Source: Candidatus Poribacteria bacterium (GTDB taxonomy: Bacteria > Poribacteria > WGA-4E > WGA-3G). Taken from it: a stretch of DNA of 64,000 bases. Shown here piece after piece: positions 28,861 to 39,038 of this stretch. Both the position numbers and the translations under genes were made by a program. Every line of letters starts with the position of its first letter. Within the stretch, counting starts at the first letter, position 1. The notes beneath the pieces were generated by a model. That model was given only the letters and a program-made list of their open reading frames with translations. It did not search any database and was not told where the DNA came from. Location: assembly GCA_965215265.1 (NCBI GenBank), contig OZ244048.1, positions 2,496,001-2,560,000 on the forward strand, in the 5' to 3' direction.

Positions 28861-29589
28861 ATGGCTGATATTGTTGTGAAAACGGAGGATGTGGTCAAAG
28901 AGTATAGAATGGGTTCAAACGTCCTTCGTGCTTTAGACGGCATCAACATTGAAATTAATCGTGGCGAATACATTTCGTTGATGGGGCCGTCGGGTTCTGG
29001 AAAATCAACGCTCTTTAATATGATTGGTGCGTTGGACCGTCCGACAGAGGGGCAGGTTTACATTGATGGTCAAAACATGTCGCAGCTGTCGCAAAGGCAG
29101 ATTGCAGCGTTTCGGTGTCACCGTGTTGGGTACATTTTTCAGAGTTACAACCTACTGCACGTTCGGAGTGCGCACGGAAATGTGACCCTGCCGATGATTT
29201 TTGCAGGTGTTTCGGAGCGCGCGCGAAATGAAAAAGCCGAGCGGCTGCTTGACATGGTAGGCTTGGGAGACAGAATTTATCACCTGCCAGACGAGCTCTC
29301 AGGCGGTCAACGTCAACGGGTAGCAATCGCGAGGGCGCTCGCGAATGACCCGAGTATCATACTTGCAGATGAGCCGACAGCAAACCTTGATACGATTACG
29401 GGCAGAGAGATTATCGATCTGATTAAGAAATTGAATAGAGAACAAGGGGTTACAGTCATCTCTGCAACGCACGACCTGAAGATGCTTGATGTTTCGGATC
29501 GGATTGTTGATATCCGCGACGGGCTCGTTGAGCGCATCAGGAATAGAGACGAGATTGAGATTGAGATTGGAGAAGTTGGCGGCGAGTAA
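28861..29589 (+). CDS. ABC ATP-binding protein (LolD/MacB-like)
   Basis: [27 protein letters not shown]. Confidence 0.95.
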   Translation: MADIVVKTEDVVKEYRMGSNVLRALDGINIEINRGEYISLMGPSGSGKSTLFNMIGALDRPTEGQVYIDGQNMSQLSQRQIAAFRCHRVGYIFQSYNLLHVRSAHGNVTLPMIFAGVSERARNEKAERLLDMVGLGDRIYHLPDELSGGQRQRVAIARALANDPSIILADEPTANLDTITGREIIDLIKKLNREQGVTVISATHDLKMLDVSDRIVDIRDGLVERIRNRDEIEIEIGEVGGE

Positions 29590-29685
29590 TCCCCGGCGGG
29601 GCTGATGGTGGTAGAGCTCGTCTCTGAACTTCAGATTTTCTGTCGGGTCGAGTGGGCTTCGTTCTTTTTAATTCGGTTGGCAGAT

Positions 29686-30711
29686 TTAGGATGTGATTTC
29701 GGATAGCGGTATAGGGCGGTTTTCGCGAAGCGATTGCATCGCCGCGAAAGCCATCACGATAGGGGCACGGCCGTCATCTCCGTTAACCAAAGGTGGAGTA
29801 TCCTCGCGAATGGCGGCAAAAAACGCTTGTAATTCTGCCAGAAATGCCGCCTTATAACGTTGCAGGAAAAAGTATGGTGGCAATGAAACGTGGGTGCCGT
29901 TGCATCCACTGAAGGTGACGTTATCTGTCAATGGATTATGGGCTGTAACCATGCCTTGTGAACCGAAAACCTCCACACGCTGATCGTAGCCGTAGACTGC
30001 CTGTCGGCTATTGTCAATGGTCCCGATAACGCCGTTCTGGAAACGTAAAGTGATAAGAGCGGTATCAATGTCGCCTACCTCACCGATTTTTGGGTTAACT
30101 CGTACGCCGCCCGTGGCGTAGATTTCAGTAACCTCATCGCCAATTAGGTAGCGTGCCATATCAAAATCGTGGATAGTCATATCTAAAAAAAGTCCGCCAG
30201 AAATTTTGACGTAATCGATGGGCGGTGGTGCGGCGTCTCGGCTGGTAATTCGCAAGAGATGGGGTTCGCCGAGCTGCCCCGAAGCAACCGTCTCGCGTAC
30301 CTGAAGAAAATTCGGATCAAATCTGCGATTGAAGCCAACCTGAAATTTAACACCTGCCTTGGCCACGATGGATAGGGTTTCATCAATGCGCCGTAAATCC
30401 AGGTCGATCGGTTTCTCACAAAAGATGTGTTTCTGTGCAGCGGCGGCTTCCTGGCAGATACGTGCGTGCGTATCGGTTGAAGAACAGATAAGCACAGCAT
30501 CAATATCCTGTTCTGCTAACACCGCAGCGGAGTCGGTTGTCACTATCGGGACATTACGCTGTTTTGCGAGTGTTTCTGCGTCAGCTCGGTTTAAGCTGCA
30601 AATCGCGACTAGTTCGGCTTCCGGTATATTCTGAGCGATATGCTCGATGTGAAGTTTACCGATGCGCCCTGCACCAATGACCCCGACGCGGATTTTATCG
30701 GTTTTATTCAT
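29686..30711 (-). CDS. iolG: Inositol 2-dehydrogenase
   Basis: GAGRIG, CEKP, GFNRRFD, SGGLFLDMTIHDFD, YGYDQRVE. Confidence 0.88.
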   Translation of the reverse strand: MNKTDKIRVGVIGAGRIGKLHIEHIAQNIPEAELVAICSLNRADAETLAKQRNVPIVTTDSAAVLAEQDIDAVLICSSTDTHARICQEAAAAQKHIFCEKPIDLDLRRIDETLSIVAKAGVKFQVGFNRRFDPNFLQVRETVASGQLGEPHLLRITSRDAAPPPIDYVKISGGLFLDMTIHDFDMARYLIGDEVTEIYATGGVRVNPKIGEVGDIDTALITLRFQNGVIGTIDNSRQAVYGYDQRVEVFGSQGMVTAHNPLTDNVTFSGCNGTHVSLPPYFFLQRYKAAFLAELQAFFAAIREDTPPLVNGDDGRAPIVMAFAAMQSLRENRPIPLSEITS

Positions 30712-30936
30712 CGGAGATTTCTCCTAGTTCACGGGTAATACGTCGGTTTCCCTGTTTTGAATGCGTTGTTAGGCGGGCCTGCTTCACGGTTCTTTTCTAA
30801 AAGTGCTTTTCGTATACAGGCACCCATTAACGCTTTATGCTTTGATAATGACTGTGTAAATCTCGTCTGAGCCCTTCGATGTTATGAATCTAAACATCGG
30901 ATGAAAAACAGGCATCATTAAAACCGATAAGTTACG

Positions 30937-31830
30937 CTAGAGAATTGAATGGATGTACTTCAAATTCCGCTCCGCGCTCTGCCTTGGACTGCCCATTCCG
31001 GGCAAAACATCTTGCTCTACGACGATCCATCCATCGTAGTTCTGATTTTTCAAAGCTGCGATGAGTTCTGGAAAATCGATGTCGCCTTGCCCGAGTTCGC
31101 AAAAGACCCCTTTTCCGACTGACTTAAAGTAATCCCACTCGTTTGCACGTGAACGTGCGGCAATATCAGGCTGACAGTCCTTAAAATGAACGTGCCAGAC
31201 GCGTTGTGCGTAGCGTTCGAAAGCCTGGGTAGGTTCTCCTCCGCCAAATCGGTAGTGCCCGGTATCGAAGCACAAACCGATAAGCTCTGGGTCGGTAAGT
31301 TTCATCAGCATGTCGACTTCGGCAGGTGCTTCGACGTACCCGGCGCAGTGCGGATGGAAGACGGTGCGGAGTCCGGTTTCCGTTCGGACGGCTTTTGCAA
31401 TACGATGCACGCCGGCTACAAAGGTGTGCCATTGGTGGTTAGCTAAGCTATGTTCAGCAGTGATGCGTCCGGCATATCGGGTTCGGATATCGGAAGTGCC
31501 GTTGTCATCTGAGAGTACAATGAAGGGTGTATCTCCTGCGACTTCGGCTAACAAACGTGCATGACGCAATGCGTCTGCTTCACCGGGGGCGTGGGCTTCA
31601 GCCTGGGCGAGGGCAACCGGTATGAAACTGCCGAGCAACGTCAAGCGGTGCGTCTGAAGTGCCTTACGGAGTTGCGAGGCGTCGGTAGGCATAAACCCCC
31701 AATCGCCCAATTCAGTGCCGAGATAGCCTATTGCCTGCATTTCGTCCAACACCTGCGTGTAATCAAGGGTTTGACCGGCTAATTCAAATTCAAGTATTCC
31801 CCAGGAGCAGGGAGCGTTTGCGATTTTCAT
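30937..31830 (-). CDS. iolE: Myo-inosose-2 dehydratase-like TIM barrel protein (IolE-like)
   Basis: ANAPCSWG, GTELG, DTGH, HVHFKD, FCELGQG, VVEQD; adjacent to iolG. Confidence 0.75.
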   Translation of the reverse strand: MKIANAPCSWGILEFELAGQTLDYTQVLDEMQAIGYLGTELGDWGFMPTDASQLRKALQTHRLTLLGSFIPVALAQAEAHAPGEADALRHARLLAEVAGDTPFIVLSDDNGTSDIRTRYAGRITAEHSLANHQWHTFVAGVHRIAKAVRTETGLRTVFHPHCAGYVEAPAEVDMLMKLTDPELIGLCFDTGHYRFGGGEPTQAFERYAQRVWHVHFKDCQPDIAARSRANEWDYFKSVGKGVFCELGQGDIDFPELIAALKNQNYDGWIVVEQDVLPGMGSPRQSAERNLKYIHSIL

Positions 31831-31834
31831 TATG

Positions 31835-32518
31835 CTATGGGTTCTCTGTTATGACTTTTTTTAAATCCTCAATGAAATGCTCAAACAACTTGACTTTGTC
31901 GCTTTCCTCGAGTTCTGCTGCCGTTAGCACATAGGTGCCATCAAGCTCTGTTTCCACAATGGCTCGTTCTTTCCTTGCAGGATTCAGCTTTGTCAAGTCG
32001 TTGTCCGTATCAGGTGTAAACAGATAAACCTTGATATGTGCTGTGCGTTTTCCTTCTAGGAGTTTAGACTTCCAATAGCCTGTTTGGGCAATACGTTCTC
32101 TCAAAGAGGTTTTACTTGAAATAATAGCAATGACTTGTGAATTTTCCGGTTTGTAAATAACAATATCAGCATCAGGTAAATATAACCCAAATTCCTTGTA
32201 ATCAATTGTCACGTTTTGCTTAACAGCATGTAATTCTGGCGATAGCATGCGACGATCTAATGTGCTGCCGTTAATCAACTTAAGTCCAAGTGCTTCGATT
32301 GAATCAGTGATAATATATTGGAGGAGTTTTTCAAAATTCTTTCCCTTAAAAGAACGCCAACTTTGCCCCTTATCTTTTTCTGGTTTGTGTGCATCAAGAT
32401 AAGCGGCATGCAACACCTGAGCCTTTTTCAAGAGTTCTTGAACATATTTGTAAGTTTCTTCTCCTTTTTCGTCTTTCATTTTATTATATAGATTTTTCAA
32501 ATCTTCGAAATTTCGCAC
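31835..32518 (-). CDS. BsaWI-family type II restriction endonuclease, paralog A
   Basis: QSWRSFKGKNFE, LPDADIV, SSKTSLRERIAQTGYW. Confidence 0.8.
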   Translation of the reverse strand: MRNFEDLKNLYNKMKDEKGEETYKYVQELLKKAQVLHAAYLDAHKPEKDKGQSWRSFKGKNFEKLLQYIITDSIEALGLKLINGSTLDRRMLSPELHAVKQNVTIDYKEFGLYLPDADIVIYKPENSQVIAIISSKTSLRERIAQTGYWKSKLLEGKRTAHIKVYLFTPDTDNDLTKLNPARKERAIVETELDGTYVLTAAELEESDKVKLFEHFIEDLKKVITENP

Positions 32519-32665
32519 AGTTGCTCATTCCTTTAATCCGATAAGAATGTGTCCATCGATTACACTTCTGTGGTAGACAAGACCTTGTGTGAAACGATGT
32601 TCGGCTTGAACTGCCTATGCAATGCGGTGTATGCGCTATTCAAAGTAGTTCAAGGACTAGTTTGC

Positions 32666-33337
32666 TTAGATCAGTTGTTTGAAATCTTCAATAAAATGCT
32701 CAAAAAGTTTGACGTTGTTGCTCTCTTCAAGCTCGGCTTCCGTTAGTACATAGGTGCCATCAAGGTCAATCTCTACAATAGCTCTTCCCTTTTTAGGGAG
32801 ATATGTGCTTGTCAAGGTACCATCTTCGTCCGGCGTGATAAAATAGACCTTGATGTGTTTCGTAGCCTCACTTTCGAGGAGTTTGAGTTTCCAATAGCCA
32901 GTCTGTGCAATTCGCTCGCGCAACGTAACTTTGCTTGAGATGAGAGCGATTACTTTCCGATTCTTAGGGTTGTAAACTATAATGTCTACATCAGGTAGAT
33001 GCAACCCAAATTCTCCGTAATCAATTGCTAAATTCCGCTTAACTTGGCTCAGCTCTAGGGATAGATTTTTACTCCGTTCTAATTTATTGCCATTGATCAC
33101 CTTCATCCCGAGTTCTTCTATTGATTCTGTGATAATATGTTGGATGAGTTTCTCAAAATTCTTTCCCTTGAAAGCGCGCCAACTCTGTTCATGGTCTCCG
33201 CCTGGTTTATCTTTCAAAAAATCCTGTTTATGAAGTTTTTTCGCGTCCTTCAAAAGTTGAGAAACGGATCTGTATGCTTCCGGTCCTTCTACTAATCGTG
33301 TCTCCCTGTACATATCTTTCAAATCTTCAAATTTCAT
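32666..33337 (-). CDS. BsaWI-family type II restriction endonuclease, paralog B
   Basis: QSWRAFKGKNFE, LPDVDII, SSKVTLRERIAQTGYW. Confidence 0.82.
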   Translation of the reverse strand: MKFEDLKDMYRETRLVEGPEAYRSVSQLLKDAKKLHKQDFLKDKPGGDHEQSWRAFKGKNFEKLIQHIITESIEELGMKVINGNKLERSKNLSLELSQVKRNLAIDYGEFGLHLPDVDIIVYNPKNRKVIALISSKVTLRERIAQTGYWKLKLLESEATKHIKVYFITPDEDGTLTSTYLPKKGRAIVEIDLDGTYVLTEAELEESNNVKLFEHFIEDFKQLI

Positions 33338-33348
33338 GATTATCTTAT

Positions 33349-34662
33349 CTATTTCTTTAACCCGATTACGATATATTCAGTTGGATATGCTTCGGAATCG
33401 GCTTTATTCTTGCTAGCAAATCGCCCTGTTTTTTCGTCTCTTTTCTGAGGGAGAATCTTCAGCGGAATTTCGCGTTTTATGAGTCGGTCTAGTTTGAAAC
33501 CTGAGCATTGTAAGGACTCAGCAAAGGCTTCAGCGTTGAGTATATCAACGCCTCTTAGCTTTGTATTGCCGATGACGTAACAACATCTACCGCCTGGTTT
33601 CAGAATTCTAAAACTTTCGTCAAAGACCTCTTGCATATCAATAAAGAAAGCTTCAATTTCCTTCGCCTTTTTTTTGCTTTTAGGTGCCATTTCATCAACT
33701 ATCCCGGAGGCAATTTGACTCAATAAGGGCTTGTTCTCGTACTGTTTGTAGGATGTCCCAATGAATTCCTTCTTGTATCTTTTTAGATCGTCCGCCAAAT
33801 TAAGCCAGAGGGTTGAGAGTTGATGAAGATCTGCATATTCATAGCTTGTCACATAGGGGCTAGAACTGACAATTAGATCTATACCGTTATCTGGAACTGC
33901 TTGTGCTTTGGCTGAGCCTATCTGGATGTTTAAGTAATCATTGGGGTTTTCTCTAACCTGAGATGGCACAACTTCATAAAATTGTGCATTTCCTTTTAGC
34001 ATTTTCAAAAGGTGCCTTTTGATAGCATCATAGGGAGACGTAGGCCGCTTTTTCAAATCACGTGTAGGTTTTGTACTACCTTGGCTCCAAATTGAACAAA
34101 TTTTGAGAATATGGCTAAATGCAACGAGAAGAAACGATTGAACGGCTTGATCCGTTTCAGTCAGAATTAAAGTGAGAATTTGTCCGATTTCGTCACGCGT
34201 TTTTTCATGAAACCAATAGTCAATACGTTCTAAGTGTTTCTCTGGAATTTGGGGGGCTATCTGACTGTTGGGGAAAAAGTTATGTTCTTCTCTGAGTTGG
34301 CAAATTTTGGCTAGAAATTGCTTCACTTTTTTTTCGAGGTAGTCAGGTCGAATGGCAGTTGCTTTCGCTTTAGCAACCAAATAAGCGATTTTATTAATGT
34401 CTGTGCCGCTCACGCGAAGTCCCTTGGATATAGCGGTGACGACGGTCGTTCCACATCCCATAAACGGGTCGTTTACATGAGCAGCTCCATTAGTTATGTA
34501 GGTATCAATCAGACGTTCAACAAGCTGAGGAATAAACTTGGCGGGGTAGCGGTGATACCCGTGGGTCCATTTTCCTGTGTCCGATGGCTTGAATTCGTTA
34601 AAAGACCAGGTTTTATCGACGGGTGTCTGATCGAACCATTCAAAGATTTCATTTGGCGACAT
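33349..34662 (-). CDS. Amino-DNA methyltransferase (probably N4-cytosine), cognate to the BsaWI-like nucleases
   Basis: HGYHRYPAKFIPQ, DPFMGCGTT, variant catalytic motif SSSPY, LKPGG..C.VIGN. Confidence 0.85.
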   Translation of the reverse strand: MSPNEIFEWFDQTPVDKTWSFNEFKPSDTGKWTHGYHRYPAKFIPQLVERLIDTYITNGAAHVNDPFMGCGTTVVTAISKGLRVSGTDINKIAYLVAKAKATAIRPDYLEKKVKQFLAKICQLREEHNFFPNSQIAPQIPEKHLERIDYWFHEKTRDEIGQILTLILTETDQAVQSFLLVAFSHILKICSIWSQGSTKPTRDLKKRPTSPYDAIKRHLLKMLKGNAQFYEVVPSQVRENPNDYLNIQIGSAKAQAVPDNGIDLIVSSSPYVTSYEYADLHQLSTLWLNLADDLKRYKKEFIGTSYKQYENKPLLSQIASGIVDEMAPKSKKKAKEIEAFFIDMQEVFDESFRILKPGGRCCYVIGNTKLRGVDILNAEAFAESLQCSGFKLDRLIKREIPLKILPQKRDEKTGRFASKNKADSEAYPTEYIVIGLKK

Positions 34663-34809
34663 GGATTGAGATATATCCTCTCTCGTTGTAAATAAAATTA
34701 GTATATCGTACAATTTAGCAGATATCAACGAAAAAAGATAGTAAATTAAAAATAGGCGCGCGAGGTGCCCCAGGGTATCCGTGATTCTGAAGAGAGGGAA
34801 ACCGTGAAA

Positions 34810-35253
34810 TCAATTCACCTGATGTACACGGCACTCCTGCCCACGTGCCACTTCTTCTCGGAGAATTTTGATGCTTTCAGGAGTGTTGTAACGTCGTTGT
34901 AGCACTTTTATGATCTCATCTTCTAGATAGTCATACGTCCAACGAATCCGCTTTGTTATCAGATACCCTAAATCCGGATAATCCAGGGATGAACGGAAGT
35001 TCAGTACATCGTTGATTACTATGGTTAGAATTGTCTTAACAGGTTCAAATTGAGAACCTGACATATACTCGTGAACCATGGTCCAACCACAGCAAGGAAT
35101 GATTTTAGATTCATCGCAAATATCCTGTGCCTCTTTGTCCGTCTGAAATCTGTCTGCATCGTTGACAAGAATCTGCTTCGGTATAGTGTTAACGATAGCG
35201 ATAGCTAGTTGCTGTAGCGTCATATCGCTAGTGATGTTCAACTTAATAGTCAT
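34810..35253 (-). CDS. Hypothetical protein within the RM island
   Basis: 147-aa ORF with strong SD (AAAGGAG); no recognised motif. Confidence 0.65.
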   Translation of the reverse strand: MTIKLNITSDMTLQQLAIAIVNTIPKQILVNDADRFQTDKEAQDICDESKIIPCCGWTMVHEYMSGSQFEPVKTILTIVINDVLNFRSSLDYPDLGYLITKRIRWTYDYLEDEIIKVLQRRYNTPESIKILREEVARGQECRVHQVN

Positions 35254-35586
35254 GTGTTTACTCCTTTATATTTGTTAATAATTAAATTATACCCTAAAAA
35301 TTAGTGAGAAGCAAATTAATTTTTATCTTTTCGCCTGAGAATGGCAAGTAAATTATGGTAAAATCCAAAGAGATGTAGGCAATATCGGGATGAGATGCTC
35401 GCTCCGACGGGTGGGTTTACTGATGTTTTTACCGTTGAACATTCGTAACAATATTTTAACCGTTGCGTTTTGCCTCTGTTTTGCGTTTAAGATGCAAAAC
35501 GTGCACGTCTCCCTTTTGAGACGGTGGTTGGGTTGGCGTGCTTTTTTAGTTATGGATTTTTGCGTTTGCAGGCAATTTGAACCACC

Positions 35587-36174
35587 TCAATTCTCGGAGT
35601 CGGGGCGGTCTATATGGCCGTTTACATGATATGTCTCGTAAACGTCAAAAACGGCTTTGCAAAAGGCTATCATCTTCTGGTCTGAGTGTTCTAAGGCAGT
35701 TTCGTACATTTTGATAAAATACCTTTTACCGGCTTCAGTCTGTGAGTAATTGCGTTTGAGTAGATTGTGTTCGTAACAGAGTGTCTGGCCGTTGGCAATG
35801 GTATTTGTGCCGCCCTTATCTTTGGGCTTAACATGGTCAGCGGCAAGCGTAACGCCATCTTCACGGCTGCGTCCACAGACAACACACCGATGGCCATCAC
35901 GTTCAAAAATAGCCGCTCTCGTCTGAGCCGAAAATTCGAACAATTCAACTTCGTGTTCATGGTGTGGGTCATATTTATAGATACCCTTGTCTACTTTGAT
36001 GAGTTTTCCTTCTTGATGTAGTTTCCTAATGGTTCGCCATGGGTCTCTGGGTACTCTCCCATGTGCTGCTTGATATTGTTCTGTTACCCAATCTACGACT
36101 GGATCGTGTGGCAATTCTTGGTTTGGGTGGTTCATAAAGTACTCCATAACAAGTTCACGAATCGTCTGTGCCAT
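35587..36174 (-). CDS. HNH endonuclease (putative restriction enzyme)
   Basis: RDGHRCVVCG, ADHVKPKDKGG, NGQTLCYEHN; start overlaps the MTase 3' end. Confidence 0.85.
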   Translation of the reverse strand: MAQTIRELVMEYFMNHPNQELPHDPVVDWVTEQYQAAHGRVPRDPWRTIRKLHQEGKLIKVDKGIYKYDPHHEHEVELFEFSAQTRAAIFERDGHRCVVCGRSREDGVTLAADHVKPKDKGGTNTIANGQTLCYEHNLLKRNYSQTEAGKRYFIKMYETALEHSDQKMIAFCKAVFDVYETYHVNGHIDRPDSEN

Positions 36175-36958
36175 GTCTCTCCTCGGTATTTTCAAAGAGT
36201 TGCAATTGATTTGTAGCGTGCTGGATGCGTTCTTTTGCGAGTTTGCAGTAGCCTTCGTCCACCTCGATTCCAATGCTTTGCCGGTTGTTTAAACGTGCGG
36301 CAATTAAGGTGGTGCCGCTCCCCATAAACGGGTCGAGGACGGTGTCCTGAACGTAACTAAAGAGTTTGATACAGCGCTGTGGGAGTTCGATAGGAAAAGG
36401 CGCGGGGTGCCCAATCCGCTTCTTGCTTTCACCGGGGAAGGTCCAGAGCCCATTTGTCCACTCCATAAACTCTTGTTTATTCATATCGGATTTGCCGCTC
36501 CCGCTTGTTTTCTTCCATTGTTGCTTATAGAGGACGACAATCAATTCAACCGGGGCGATGACGTAGGGTGCAGATGCCTTTAACCAAGAGCCCCAGGCGG
36601 TTCTTCTAGAGATGTTGCCTTCGTTCCAAACGATGGTGGCGTGGTATTGAAACCCGACAGTGGTTGCTAGCTTTGTCAGATCTGCGCCGACGTGTTGCTG
36701 TCCGCCCTTGTTTTTGTCCAAGGGGATATTGAGACAGAAACGCCCATCGGGCTTTAGCCACTGTAGAGAGCGAGCGAACCACGCTTCCGAAAAGGCGAGA
36801 TAATCGGCATAAGAGAGTGCATCGTCATTTGAATCGTATTTAATGTCTACATTATAGGGTGGCGAAGTGACGATGAGATCTATACTCTCTTTCTCAATGG
36901 CGTGCGTTGTCAATACATTATCATTGATAATCTCAAAGGGTTTGTTAGTAGAAAACAC
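36155..36958 (-). CDS. Beta-class N4/N6 DNA methyltransferase
   Basis: TSPPY, HPAPFP, VLDPFMGSGTT. Confidence 0.93.
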   Translation of the reverse strand: MFSTNKPFEIINDNVLTTHAIEKESIDLIVTSPPYNVDIKYDSNDDALSYADYLAFSEAWFARSLQWLKPDGRFCLNIPLDKNKGGQQHVGADLTKLATTVGFQYHATIVWNEGNISRRTAWGSWLKASAPYVIAPVELIVVLYKQQWKKTSGSGKSDMNKQEFMEWTNGLWTFPGESKKRIGHPAPFPIELPQRCIKLFSYVQDTVLDPFMGSGTTLIAARLNNRQSIGIEVDEGYCKLAKERIQHATNQLQLFENTEERHGTDDS

Positions 36959-37104
36959 GTTTTTCTCCTATATACGGGGGAGCAGCGGGTATATTCTTCG
37001 TTCTTGTAAATTATTTCTCCCGATACAACTGATTGGTAGTCGAGATAAAGAAGAGGCATTTAACTATTATCTCCTATAGATTGGCGTTGTGCGTGTGAAC
37101 TCTC

Positions 37105-37431
37105 CTATAGTAATATTCGTAACCTATCCTCTGCGGTTTTGCAATATTCAGGTGAAATATCTATCCGCAAGTAGTGACGTTGATGTTTGAACTCGGAAAG
37201 TCAGGTTGTTCCGGCACCAACAAAAGCATCTAGGATGACATCCCGATTGATATCGGCATCCTTGGGCTCTCCGGATTTTTTCAAAGAACCTTTGCAAAAG
37301 ATGTCTAAAAACTCCCATGTATATTTCAGATAAGGACCGGATGGACTTTTCCAACTCCGCCAAGTCGTGTACTTGTAATGGTGTAAGGGTTGCCTGAAGT
37401 TTTAGAGAACCTATTGTGTGAACAAATTCAT
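37105..37431 (-). pseudogene. Degraded second beta-class DNA methyltransferase
   Basis: Single frame: MNLFTQ*VL*...KYTTWRSWKSPSGPYLKYTWEFLDIFCKGSLKKSGEPKDADI/NRDVILDAFVGAGTT*LSEFKHQRHYLRIDISPEYCKTAEDRL. Contains stops and internal deletions. Confidence 0.8.
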
Positions 37432-37458
37432 GGGCTTTATAGGAAAAGCAAGATTTTT

Positions 37459-38916
37459 CTATGCCCACCGTTCGACAACGACTTTTTTCTGTGTGAAAAA
37501 GTCAACGGCATCGGAGCTCTGTCCGTGCAGGTCACCGAAGAAGCTATTTTTCCAACCACTGAAAGGGAAGAACGCCATCGGTGCGGCAACCCCGATGTTA
37601 ACGCCGATGTTTCCGAGCTCGGCTTCATAGCGGAATTTGCGTGCGGCGGCCCCGCTGTTTGTAAAGATGCATGCCATATTGCCGTAACGTCCGCGGTTGA
37701 TTAACGTGATAGCGTCGTCAATTGTCTCGACGTGTATGAGCCCGAGGACGGGTCCGAAAATCTCTGTCTGTGCGATGTCGCCGTCAGGGTTGAGTTGGTT
37801 GAGTAGCGTTGGCCGTATGAAATTACCGTTTTCGCTGCCGGGGATGCTTGGATGTCTGCCGTCGACGAGAATTTGCGCGCCTTCGTCAGCGCCTGCTTGA
37901 ATGAGTGTTTCAATGCGTGTTTTACTTTCTGGGGTGATAACGGGCCCCATTTGCACGTTTTCATCCAAACCGTTTCCAACGATGCGGTTTGTGGCAGTTT
38001 CGGCGATGGCTTCAGTGAACCAGTTCTGTGCACTTCCGACGGTGAGTGCGATAGATGCGGCGAGGCAGCGCTGTCCTGCACATCCGAAAGCGCTTTCGGC
38101 GGTTGCATTTGCGGTAAACTGTGGTTCCGCATCTGGTAGTATAATGAGTGGGTTTTTCGCGCCGCCTTGGCACTGTACCCGTTTGCCGTTTGCGGCGGCT
38201 TTTGCATAGATATTTCTGGCTGTGGCTGTGGCACCGACAAAGCTGATGGCACGGATCTCCGGATGCGTTAAGAGGGCATCGACGGTGTCTTTACCGCCGT
38301 TGACGAGGTTAACAACGCCTTTGGGGAGCTCGGTCTGTTCAAGCAGTTGAAACACCTTCTGCATGGTGAGCGGTACCTTCTCGGAAGGTTTAACGATGAC
38401 GGTGTTCCCGCATGCGATGGCATAAGGGAGGAACCAGAACGGAATCATGCCGGGGAAATTGAAGGGTGCGATGACAGCACAGACGCCGACGGGTTGACGG
38501 ATCATGAATTCGTCGATGCCAGTAGCGATGTCCTCAAGGTTTGTGCCTTGCATAAGGGTCGGTATGCCGCAGGCGACTTCGACATTTTCAATTGCCCGTC
38601 GCATTTCACCTTTTGCTTCGTCAAGTGTTTTTCCGCATTCCAGTGTGATGGTTTCTGCGATGTCGGTTAGGTTCTGCTCGAGTAGGTTTTTCAACTGGAA
38701 CAGGTACTGGATTCGCTGAGTAGGTGGTGTTCTCCGCCAGTGATTGAGAGCACTGGCGGCTGACGTGGCTGCGTGATGTACTTCTTCAGCAGGCGAGAGT
38801 GGTACCTTTGTAAGCAGATCTCCGGTGGCTGGGTTCGTGACGTTGAGTTGTTCTGCGGTTGCTGATGTTTGCCAAACGTTGTCAATGTAATTGGGGAGTG
38901 GGGTTTGGAAGTTCAT
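37459..38916 (-). CDS. mmsA: CoA-acylating (methyl)malonate-semialdehyde dehydrogenase (MmsA/IolA)
   Basis: [36 protein letters not shown]. Confidence 0.93.
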   Translation of the reverse strand: MNFQTPLPNYIDNVWQTSATAEQLNVTNPATGDLLTKVPLSPAEEVHHAATSAASALNHWRRTPPTQRIQYLFQLKNLLEQNLTDIAETITLECGKTLDEAKGEMRRAIENVEVACGIPTLMQGTNLEDIATGIDEFMIRQPVGVCAVIAPFNFPGMIPFWFLPYAIACGNTVIVKPSEKVPLTMQKVFQLLEQTELPKGVVNLVNGGKDTVDALLTHPEIRAISFVGATATARNIYAKAAANGKRVQCQGGAKNPLIILPDAEPQFTANATAESAFGCAGQRCLAASIALTVGSAQNWFTEAIAETATNRIVGNGLDENVQMGPVITPESKTRIETLIQAGADEGAQILVDGRHPSIPGSENGNFIRPTLLNQLNPDGDIAQTEIFGPVLGLIHVETIDDAITLINRGRYGNMACIFTNSGAAARKFRYEAELGNIGVNIGVAAPMAFFPFSGWKNSFFGDLHGQSSDAVDFFTQKKVVVERWA

Positions 38917-39038
38917 TTTTTGTATATCTCCGTACCGTCAACGCTTATGTCGTGGGTACTCGTGTGTTGGCAGGATAGGATAAGATTACCTTTTACCTGC
39001 CATCTATAGATCGGGGGTTATCTATGCTATGATTCATA

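Noticed and set aside
37148-37468. 106-aa minus-strand ORF
   Set aside because: An alternative frame of the MTase pseudogene.
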